This document shows, piece after piece, positions 18,415 to 25,195 of a DNA stretch of 32,000 nt. Origin of the DNA: Delftia acidovorans NBRC 14950 (GTDB lineage Bacteria; Pseudomonadota; Gammaproteobacteria; Burkholderiales; Burkholderiaceae_C); assembly GCF_001598795.1 (NCBI RefSeq), contig NZ_BCZP01000002.1:180001-212000 (forward strand), given 5' to 3'. Numbering within the stretch: the stretch's first letter is position 1; each line of letters starts with the position of its first letter. The notes beneath the pieces were generated by a model that saw only the letters and a list, made by a program, of their open reading frames with translations, was not told the origin of the DNA and ran no database searches. A program made the translations under genes and the position numbers.

Positions 18415-20049
18415 ATGTCATCCCCTACTTCTTCCAAACCGTCCCGGCCCGGCGCCGACGAGGCGGCAGCGCCCTCCGCGCGCCCTGTGCTGCGCCGCCC
18501 CGAAAAGCCACAGGCCGAGCCGGCTGGCGATGCCCGCCGCCCTTCGGGTGGCGCGGGCAAATCTGCGGGCGCACGCGGCGGCCCGCGCAGTGACCGCAAC
18601 GACCGCAATGAACGTGGCGGCGACCGTGGCGGCCGCAATGATCGCTACGAGCGCTCCGACCGCCGTGATGCTCCCCCTCGCGGCGATGCCCGCGGTGCGG
18701 CACCCCGAGGCGATGCCCGCGGTGCAGCACCCCGCGACGACGCCCGTGACCAGCGCCCGCGCAGCAGCGGTTTCGGCCGTGCCGAGGACCTGGACCGTTC
18801 CCAGCCGCGTGGCGACTGGCGCGAACAGGGCGGCGGCGAAAACCGTGCCCCGCGCGAGCAGCGCGACATGCGCGATGCCCGGGATACGCGCGATGCCCGC
18901 CCCCCGCGCCCGCCCCGCCCGGACGATCGCCGCGACCGGCCCTATGGCCAGCGCGATGAGCGTCCGCGTGATGGTCAGCGCGATGGCCAACGTGACGGCC
19001 AACGTGACGGCCAGCGCGACGGTCCCCGTGACGGCCCGCGTGAAGGTGGTTTCCGCGACCGTCCCCGTGACGACGCCCGCGGCCCCCGCCGTGACGATGC
19101 GCGCGGACCGCGCCGCGACGACGCCCGTGGTCCCCGCCGTGATGACGCCCGTGGCCCGCGCCGCGACGAGGCGCCCCAGGCCGAGCCCGCCTACCGTCCG
19201 CTCAGCGGCATCCGCACCTACCGTCCTGCCGACGGTGGCGCCAGCCGCGAAATCCCCGTCAAGCGTGCTCCCGAGCCGCTGCAGGAGCAGGTTCCCGGTG
19301 GCGTGCGCATCAACAAGCGCCTGGCCGACATGGGCCTGTGCTCGCGCCGCGAGGCCGACGAGTGGGTGGACAAGGGCTGGGTCCGCGTCAATGGCGAACT
19401 CGCCGTGATGGGCCAGAACGTGGTGGCGGCCGACCGCATCACCGTCGAGCGCGAGGCGCGCGAGCGCCAGGACCAGCAGGTCACCATCCTTATCCACAAG
19501 CCCATGGGCTATGTCAGCGGCCAGGCCGAGGACGGCCACGAGCCCGCCGTGGTCCTGGTCACGCCCCAGAACCACTGGAACCAGGACACCAGCCGCACGC
19601 GCTTCAACTTCGCGCAGCTCAAGGGCCTGGCGCCCTGCGGCCGGCTGGACATCGACTCCGTGGGCCTGCTGGTCATGACCCAGGATGGCCGCGTGGCGCG
19701 CCAGATCATTGGCGAAGACTCGGAGATGGACAAGGAGTACCTGGTGCGCGTGACCTACGGTGACCGCGACATCGACGTGCAATCCGTGTTCCCGGCCGAG
19801 CAGCTGGCACGCCTGTGCCATGGCCTGTCGCTGGACGGCGAGGCACTCAAGCCCGCCAAGGTGGACTGGCAGAACCCCGAGCAGCTGCGCTTTGTGCTGA
19901 CCGAAGGCAAGAAGCGCCAGATCCGCCGCATGTGCGAACTGGTGGGCCTGCGCGTGGTGGGCCTCAAGCGCATCCGCATCGGCCGCGTGACGCTGGGCAA
20001 CCTGCCTGTGGGCCAGTGGCGCTATCTGGGTGCACACGAAGGCTTTTAG
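18415..20049 (+). CDS. RsuA/RluF-type rRNA pseudouridine synthase with an N-terminal Arg/Asp-rich low-complexity extension of about 295 aa
   Basis: The core has an S4 domain (VRINKRLADMGLCSRREADEWVDKGWVRVNGE), the catalytic motif GRLDIDSVGLLVMTQDG, KEYLVRV and KKRQIRRMCE. The order and spacing resemble E. coli RluF. I place the start at ATG 18415; the upstream part of track ORF 18178..20049 has no coding character I can support. Confidence 0.85.
   Translation: MSSPTSSKPSRPGADEAAAPSARPVLRRPEKPQAEPAGDARRPSGGAGKSAGARGGPRSDRNDRNERGGDRGGRNDRYERSDRRDAPPRGDARGAAPRGDARGAAPRDDARDQRPRSSGFGRAEDLDRSQPRGDWREQGGGENRAPREQRDMRDARDTRDARPPRPPRPDDRRDRPYGQRDERPRDGQRDGQRDGQRDGQRDGPRDGPREGGFRDRPRDDARGPRRDDARGPRRDDARGPRRDDARGPRRDEAPQAEPAYRPLSGIRTYRPADGGASREIPVKRAPEPLQEQVPGGVRINKRLADMGLCSRREADEWVDKGWVRVNGELAVMGQNVVAADRITVEREARERQDQQVTILIHKPMGYVSGQAEDGHEPAVVLVTPQNHWNQDTSRTRFNFAQLKGLAPCGRLDIDSVGLLVMTQDGRVARQIIGEDSEMDKEYLVRVTYGDRDIDVQSVFPAEQLARLCHGLSLDGEALKPAKVDWQNPEQLRFVLTEGKKRQIRRMCELVGLRVVGLKRIRIGRVTLGNLPVGQWRYLGAHEGF
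18676..18747 (+). repeat. In-frame 27-bp tandem repeat (PRGDARGAA x2 plus a partial unit)
   Basis: Residues 88-111 of the synthase read PRGDARGAA PRGDARGAA PRDDAR. Confidence 0.85.
18967..19038 (+). repeat. In-frame 12-bp tandem repeat (RDGQ x4, RDGP x2)
   Basis: Residues 185-208 read RDGQRDGQRDGQRDGQRDGPRDGP. The DNA units include ggccaacgtgac and ggccagcgcgac variants. Confidence 0.85.
19063..19170 (+). repeat. In-frame 24-bp tandem repeat (P(R)RDDARG x4 plus a partial unit)
   Basis: Residues 217-252 form the repeat. The amino-acid units are identical, while the DNA units differ only at synonymous third positions (CGT/CGC, GAC/GAT, GCC/GCG, GGC/GGA/GGT, CCC/CCG). Confidence 0.9.
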
Positions 20050-20170
20050 CACCCCCTGAGCGGCTTGCGCCGCTTCCCCCTCTCTACCCGCTTCGCGGGG
20101 GAGGGGGACGACACCCTCGCGGCGGGGCGGCCCTTGCTTGGTGTCTCTGGTCTTGGGCCGCGCCGGTTTC
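20050..20170 (+). repeat. Structured intergenic repeat, copy C (inverted relative to copies A and B, same orientation relative to its upstream gene)
   Basis: The reverse complement aligns with 4648-4759 and 5658-5778. The copy begins CACCCCCTGAG immediately after the TAG stop at 20047-20049. Confidence 0.8.
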
Positions 20171-20192
20171 AGTGAGCGCACGGCTCGTGTTT

Positions 20193-20209
20193 AGAATGCG
20201 AACCATTCT
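20193..20209. promoter_or_regulatory. Candidate Fur box upstream of the FecI-like sigma gene
   Basis: AGAATG-CGAAC-CATTCT is a perfect 6-bp inverted repeat. The 19-mer TAGAATGCGAACCATTCTC matches 13 of 19 positions of GATAATGATAATCATTATC by hand alignment. It lies 53-69 nt upstream of ATG 20262. Confidence 0.45.
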
Positions 20210-20261
20210 CAAACGAGCTTCAGCGCTGCGGCACGCCAGTCCGGGGCGCGTCCGTCTTTTC

Positions 20262-20759
20262 ATGCGCGCACCGGCCGATCCCGTACACACCCTCTATGTC
20301 GAACACCACGGCTGGCTGCAAGGCTGGCTGCGCCGCAAGCTGGGCAATGTGTTCGAGGCTTCCGATATCGCGCACGACACTTTCGTCAACGTGATCACCT
20401 CGGGCATGGCCGGCCGCATCGAGCAGCCGCGCCCCTTTCTGGCCACCGTGGCCCGCCATCTTGTGATCCGCCAGCACCGGCGCCGGCTGCTGGAGCGCGC
20501 CTATCTCGACACCCTGGCCCTGTTGCCCGCTGAACTTGCCCCTTCGCCCGAAGAGCGGCTGATCGCCCTCGAATCGCTGCAGGCCGTGGACCAGGCGCTG
20601 GACGCGCTGGCGCCCAAGGTGCGCGAGGCCTTCCTGCTGGCCCACCTCGAAGGCCTGAGCTATGCGGACATCGCCACGCGCCTGGGCGTGTCCATGACCA
20701 GCGTCAAGCGCTATCTGGCCCAGGGCTATGAGCGCTGCTTCGTGCTGGCGCTGTCCTGA
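20262..20759 (+). CDS. ECF sigma-70 factor, FecI-like (iron-starvation type)
   Basis: The 165-aa product reads MRAPADPVHTLYVEHHGWLQGWLRRKLGNVFEASDIAHDTFVNV.. (region 2) and ..LSYADIATRLGVSMTSVKRYL.. (region 4 HTH). Its stop overlaps the start of a FecR-like gene (TGATG). Confidence 0.85.
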   Translation: MRAPADPVHTLYVEHHGWLQGWLRRKLGNVFEASDIAHDTFVNVITSGMAGRIEQPRPFLATVARHLVIRQHRRRLLERAYLDTLALLPAELAPSPEERLIALESLQAVDQALDALAPKVREAFLLAHLEGLSYADIATRLGVSMTSVKRYLAQGYERCFVLALS

Positions 20760-21829
20760 TGGCGCCGGTGCCTCCTTCCGATCCTCGGCGCCTGTCCAGC
20801 GCCGCGCCGCTACCCGGCAGCAGTATCCAGGCGCCCCAGGCGCTGGGCCGGCCCTTGCCGGCCGGCGTGGCGCGGGCGGCTGCCGGCTGGTTTGCGCTGC
20901 TGCAATCGGGCCAGGCCTCGGCCGCCGACCGGGCGCGCTGGCAGCGCTGGCTCGATGAAGACGCCGACCATGGCCGCGCCTGGGCCCATCTGCAGGCCGT
21001 CACGGGCGCGCTGACGGGGCTCAACGCGGGTGGCGCGGGCTATCGCAGCCTGTCCGCCGCTCCCCGGGCTGCGCGGCGGCGCCTGCTGGGCCTGTTTGCG
21101 GGCCTGGGCACGGCGGCCGGCGCGGGCTGGCTGGCCAGCCGCACGCCGCAGTGGCAGCAGATGGCGGCCGACTACGCCTCGGGCACGCAGCGCCGCCGCT
21201 GGACCCTGCCCGACGGCACGGACATGCTGCTGGGCCCCGGCAGCGCCGTGGCCTTGCAGTTCGACGGCAGCGAACGCCGGCTGCGCCTGATGGCTGGCGA
21301 GGCGCTGTTCACCACCGGCCATCCCGCAGGAACGTTGGGCGATCTGCCCTTTGTGGTGGAGACCGCCCACGGCCGCGTGCGCGCCCTGGGCACGCGCTTC
21401 ATGGTGCGCAGCAACCATGCAGGTGCGCGTGTGGCGGTGTTCGAGCGCGCCGTGGAACTGCGCACGGCCGGTACAGGCGCATCCGCACGGCGTCTGCAGG
21501 CGGGCGAGGCCATGGACTTCACGCGCACGGGCTGGAGCACGGTGCAGCCGGCCGGCCCTGCGGACGACGCCTGGAGCCGGGGCCAATTGTGGGTGGACAA
21601 CCAGCGCCTGGACGACTTCCTGGCCGAGCTCAACCGCTACCGCCCCGGCTGGCTGCACGCCGATCCGGCCGTGGCCGGGCTGCGGTTCTCAGGCGTGTTC
21701 CCGCTGGACGAAGGCGGCATCGATGGCACGGACGCCGTGCTGGCCATGCTGCCCGGTGCGCTGCCCGTGCAACTGCGCTGGCGCACGCGCTGGTGGGTGG
21801 TGGTGGAGCCTGTGCAGGCGCGCGGCTGA
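20759..21829 (+). CDS. FecR-like transmembrane anti-sigma factor / signal transducer
   Basis: The N-terminal anti-sigma region (..AAGWFALLQSGQASAADRARWQRWLDEDADHGRAWAHLQ..) is followed by a hydrophobic segment (LLGLFAGLGTAAGAGWLA) and a FecR periplasmic domain. The gene sits between an ECF sigma gene and a transducer TonB receptor gene. Confidence 0.85.
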   Translation: MAPVPPSDPRRLSSAAPLPGSSIQAPQALGRPLPAGVARAAAGWFALLQSGQASAADRARWQRWLDEDADHGRAWAHLQAVTGALTGLNAGGAGYRSLSAAPRAARRRLLGLFAGLGTAAGAGWLASRTPQWQQMAADYASGTQRRRWTLPDGTDMLLGPGSAVALQFDGSERRLRLMAGEALFTTGHPAGTLGDLPFVVETAHGRVRALGTRFMVRSNHAGARVAVFERAVELRTAGTGASARRLQAGEAMDFTRTGWSTVQPAGPADDAWSRGQLWVDNQRLDDFLAELNRYRPGWLHADPAVAGLRFSGVFPLDEGGIDGTDAVLAMLPGALPVQLRWRTRWWVVVEPVQARG

Positions 21830-21946
21830 GGCTTTTTCTTCCTTTTCGTTTTTTTGCGCCGGGGGTGACCCGATTTCCCGCGCCGCGCTTCCTTGCTTCC
21901 GAGAGCTTTGATTTTCGACATCGGAACACAGGGAGAACCCAGGACC

Positions 21947-24358
21947 ATGCAACCCCTTTTCATGCCCCGCCCCGCGCTGGCGCTGGCCATCGCGCTCATG
22001 CCCGCCGCCGTGCTGGCCCAGGCCCAGCGCAGCTATGACGTCGCTGCCGGCCCGCTGGATGCCGCCTTGCGCAGCACGGCCGCCCAGGCCGGCGTGGCCC
22101 TGATCTTCACGGCCGAGCAGACGGCCGGGCAGCGCAGCGCGGGACTGCGCGGCAGCTACACGGTGGAGGCTGCCTTCGAGGCCCTGCTGGCCGGCACCGC
22201 CTGGCAGGCCGTGCGCCAGGCCAGCGGCGCCTATGCGCTGCGGCGGGTGGAGCAGGTGGTGCCCGCTGCCGCTGCAGGCGCCACGCTGGCCACGGTCAAC
22301 GTGACGGCGGCTGCCGAGCGCAGCGCGGTCTCCGAAGGCACGGGCTCCTACGCCACGCGCCAGTCCAGCACGGCCACACGGCTGGGCCTGTCGCAGCGCG
22401 AGACGCCGCAGTCGGTCAGCGTGGTCACGCGCCAGCTCATGGACGACCAGGGCCTGACCAGCCTGCCGGAGGTGCTGGAGAAGACCCCCGGCATCACCGT
22501 GGGCCGCAACGACAGCGAGCGCACCACCTTCTACTCGCGCGGCTATGCCATCGAGAATTTCCAGTTCGACGGCGTGCCCAACACCATGGACTCGGCGAAC
22601 CAGTACACCACCTCGCTGGCCGACAGCGCCATCTATGACCGCGTGGAGGTGGTCAAGGGAGCGACCGGCCTGCTCACGGGCGCGGGCTATCCGTCGGCCG
22701 TGGTCAACCTGGTGCGCAAGCGGCCCACCAAGACCTTCCAGGCCTCGGCCGAGGCGGCCATCGGCAGCCATGACCGGTTGCGCGGCGTGGGCGACATCTC
22801 CGCGCCGCTGACCGAGGACGGCCGCGTGCGCGCCCGCGTGGTGGCCGTGGCGCAGAACGCCAAGTCCCATGTGGACGACTACAGCCGCAACGTGCGCAGC
22901 CTGTACGGCATCATCGAGGCCGACCTGGGTCCCAGCACCGTGGCCAGCCTGGGCATTGACCACATGCAGACGCGCGCCAACGGGGCCAGCTTCGGCCACA
23001 TCCCGCTGTTCTTCAAGGATGGCAGCCGCACGCATTTCCCGACCTCGCTGAACCCGGCCGCGCGCTGGTCGTACTGGGACAACGACAGCACCAACCTGTT
23101 TGCCGAACTCAAGCACAGTTTCGGCAATGGCTGGAAGGCGGACCTGTCGGCCAGCCGGCTGCGCCAGTCGCGCGACGTGGAGGTCGGCGTGGCCGCCCAC
23201 GGCATGGTGGACCCGGTCAGCGGCCTGGGCATCAACATGCTGTCCAACAAGATTCCCACCGATGCCACCACGCAGGCCGTGAATGCGGCGCTGTCCGGGC
23301 CGTTGCAGCTGTTCGGGCGCGAGCACGAGCTGTCGTTCGGCGCCAGCTGGTCGCGCCAGCGCCGCCATGCGCCCGGCTACACCAACGCCTACGGCCCCGT
23401 GGGCAACTACTTCGAGTGGGACGGCCAGGTGCCGCGGCCCGATTTCCAGCTGCGCGACCACCGCATGACGCGCATCGTGGAAAAGGGCGTCTTCGGCGCC
23501 GCGCGCCTGCGGCCCACGGACGAGCTGTCGGTGATCCTGGGCGCGCGCGTGAGCTGGTACGACATGCTGGACGACACCACGGGCCTGGACGGCAGCTACG
23601 GCGTGAACAACGCGCTGCGCGTGGCGCACAAGACCGTGCCCTATGCAGGCGTGGTCTATGACCTGAGCCGCCAGCTGTCGCTGTACGCCAGCCAGACCGA
23701 TATCTTCAATCCGCAGACCTACTACAAGGACGCTGCCGGCAGCCCGCTGCCGCCGCTCACGGGCCGCAGCCGCGAAGTGGGCGTGAAGGGCGAGTTCCTG
23801 GACGGCCGGCTCAACGCCTCGCTGGCGCTGTTCCACATCCAGCAGCGCAATGCCGCGCAGTACGTCAGTGCCAATCCGGAGACTGGGGAAGAGGTCTATG
23901 CGGCCATCGACGGCGTGACCAGCAAGGGCGTGGAGATGGAGGTCTCAGGCAGCATCACGCCGGCCTGGAACATCTACGGCGGCTACACCTACCGTACCTC
24001 GCGCGCGCCGGCCCAGCCCGATGTGATCCTCAGCGCCGTCAACACCAACCAGCCGCGCCACCTGTTCAAGCTCAGCACCAGCTACCGTCTCAACCCGCAG
24101 TGGACCGTGGGCGGGTCGCTGGCCTGGCAGAGCCTGACCTACTACCAGCAATCCTCCGCACCCTATGCACGCGCCGACCAGCGCGCCTATGCGCTGGTCG
24201 GCCTGATGGCGCGCTACGACGTGGACCGCCAGTGGTCGGTGACGCTGAACGTCAACAACCTGTTCGACAAGACCTATATGCCGGGTCTGGGCTCCTATGG
24301 CACGGGCGTGTATGGCGATCCGCGCAATGTGCTGGTCACGGCCCGCTACAGGTTCTGA
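21947..24358 (+). CDS. TonB-dependent siderophore receptor, transducer type (N-terminal STN signalling domain)
   Basis: The product has a signal peptide MQPLFMPRPALALAIALMPAAVLAQA, then an STN-like domain (YDVAAGPLDAALRSTAAQAGVALIFTAEQTAGQRSAGLRGSYTVEAAFEALLAGT), plug motifs (RVEVVKGATGLLTGAG) and a terminal ..VTARYRF. Confidence 0.9.
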   Translation: MQPLFMPRPALALAIALMPAAVLAQAQRSYDVAAGPLDAALRSTAAQAGVALIFTAEQTAGQRSAGLRGSYTVEAAFEALLAGTAWQAVRQASGAYALRRVEQVVPAAAAGATLATVNVTAAAERSAVSEGTGSYATRQSSTATRLGLSQRETPQSVSVVTRQLMDDQGLTSLPEVLEKTPGITVGRNDSERTTFYSRGYAIENFQFDGVPNTMDSANQYTTSLADSAIYDRVEVVKGATGLLTGAGYPSAVVNLVRKRPTKTFQASAEAAIGSHDRLRGVGDISAPLTEDGRVRARVVAVAQNAKSHVDDYSRNVRSLYGIIEADLGPSTVASLGIDHMQTRANGASFGHIPLFFKDGSRTHFPTSLNPAARWSYWDNDSTNLFAELKHSFGNGWKADLSASRLRQSRDVEVGVAAHGMVDPVSGLGINMLSNKIPTDATTQAVNAALSGPLQLFGREHELSFGASWSRQRRHAPGYTNAYGPVGNYFEWDGQVPRPDFQLRDHRMTRIVEKGVFGAARLRPTDELSVILGARVSWYDMLDDTTGLDGSYGVNNALRVAHKTVPYAGVVYDLSRQLSLYASQTDIFNPQTYYKDAAGSPLPPLTGRSREVGVKGEFLDGRLNASLALFHIQQRNAAQYVSANPETGEEVYAAIDGVTSKGVEMEVSGSITPAWNIYGGYTYRTSRAPAQPDVILSAVNTNQPRHLFKLSTSYRLNPQWTVGGSLAWQSLTYYQQSSAPYARADQRAYALVGLMARYDVDRQWSVTLNVNNLFDKTYMPGLGSYGTGVYGDPRNVLVTARYRF

Positions 24359-24382
24359 TGCGGCTGCCTGGCGGCTGTGCCA

Positions 24383-25063
24383 CTAGGCCTGCGACCACAT
24401 CCGCAACAGGTTGTGGTACGTGCCGGACAGCGCGGAAAGCGCGGGGTCGCCCGGGTGGCGCACCGTCAACTGCTGGATCTGCTGGTCCAGGTCGAACAGG
24501 ATGCGGCGCTTCTCGTCCGAGGCCACGAGGCTGTGCGTCCAGAAGAAGCTGGCGTAGCGCGTGCCGCGCGTGACGGGGTTGACGCGATGCAGGCTGGTGC
24601 CGGGGTAGACGATGGCGTCGCCTGCGGCCAGCTTCACGCTCTGGTGGCCGAAGGTGTCCTCCACGATCAGCTCGCCGCCTTCGTACTCGTCGGGCTCGCT
24701 GAAGAACACGGTGGTGGAGACATCGCTGCGCACCTTGATGGCCGTGCCGGGGATAGTGAAGATGGCGTTGTCTATATGGTTGCCGTAGGTGCCGCCGCCC
24801 TCGTAGCGGTTGAAGCGCGGCGGCAGCACCTTCAGCGGCAGGGTGGCCGACATGAACAGCGCGCTGGCCCCCAGCTTGTCGAGGATGAGGTTGCCTATCG
24901 CCTGGCCGGCCTGGCTGTCCAGCGGCAGCTGCAGGTTGGCCTTGACCTGGGCCGCCAGAGGGCCGGCCGTGGCGCGGCCGTCCTGCCACGGGGCCTGCTC
25001 CAGCGCCTGGCGGCACTGGCGCACTTCGTCGGGGCTGAGCAGGGCGGGTATGCGGAGCATCAT
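24383..25063 (-). CDS. piuC: Fe(II)/2-oxoglutarate-dependent oxygenase, PiuC/YbiX (PKHD-type hydroxylase) family
   Basis: The product reads MMLRIPALLSPDEVRQCRQALEQAPWQDGRATAG...FNRYEGGGTYGNHIDNA...GGELIVEDTFG...YPGTSLHRVNPVTRGTRYASFFW.., with the H-x-D ... H facial triad pattern. It lies directly downstream of a Fiu-like receptor, as with fiu-ybiX in E. coli and piuA-piuC in Pseudomonas. Confidence 0.9.
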   Translation of the reverse strand: MMLRIPALLSPDEVRQCRQALEQAPWQDGRATAGPLAAQVKANLQLPLDSQAGQAIGNLILDKLGASALFMSATLPLKVLPPRFNRYEGGGTYGNHIDNAIFTIPGTAIKVRSDVSTTVFFSEPDEYEGGELIVEDTFGHQSVKLAAGDAIVYPGTSLHRVNPVTRGTRYASFFWTHSLVASDEKRRILFDLDQQIQQLTVRHPGDPALSALSGTYHNLLRMWSQA

Positions 25064-25102
25064 GGCAGGCGGTCCTCAGGGGGGAATCAGCGAGTGTCCC
25101 GC

Positions 25103-25137
25103 AAAAAAGCCCCGCAGGCGGCGATGGCCTGCGGGGC
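25103..25137 (-). terminator. Strong hairpin with T-run between the Fiu-like receptor and piuC (terminator or attenuator)
   Basis: GCCCCGCAGGC (25109-25119) pairs perfectly with GCCTGCGGGGC (25127-25137) around a 7-nt loop. On the minus strand the hairpin is followed by TTTTTT (25103-25108). It lies 59 nt past the receptor stop. Confidence 0.6.
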
Positions 25138-25195
25138 TTTGCGGTGATCTGCGCAGCGTCAAGCCGCTGAGCGTTCGCCCGGGGCGATCAGCAGA

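Noticed and set aside
18676-19170. Possible CRISPR array or VNTR-type non-coding repeat.
   Set aside because: The periods are 12, 24 and 27 bp with no spacers. All repeats are in frame within a coding region and conserve the peptide. There are no cas genes. This is not a CRISPR array.
18418-20181. The 587-aa minus-strand ORF and the 292-aa alternate plus-frame ORF (18530..19408) over the pseudouridine synthase gene.
   Set aside because: The GC-rich repeats (CGC/GAC/GGC codons) lack stop codons in most frames, so several frames stay open. Only the frame containing the S4 and catalytic motifs is interpretable.
20196-20261. A longer start (ATG 20196, MRTILKR...) for the FecI-like sigma factor, and the 314-aa track ORF starting at 19815.
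   Set aside because: ATG 20196 lies inside the Fur-like palindrome. The sequence further upstream overlaps the synthase gene and the repeat element. The 165-aa model from ATG 20262 matches the usual FecI-type length and begins just before region 2.
25072-25084. CCTCAGGGGGG upstream of piuC resembles the CTCAGGGGG terminus of the repeat family.
   Set aside because: Only about 9 nt match and none of the repeat core follows. The same bases also provide the piuC ribosome-binding site (GAGGAC on the minus strand). This is likely coincidence.
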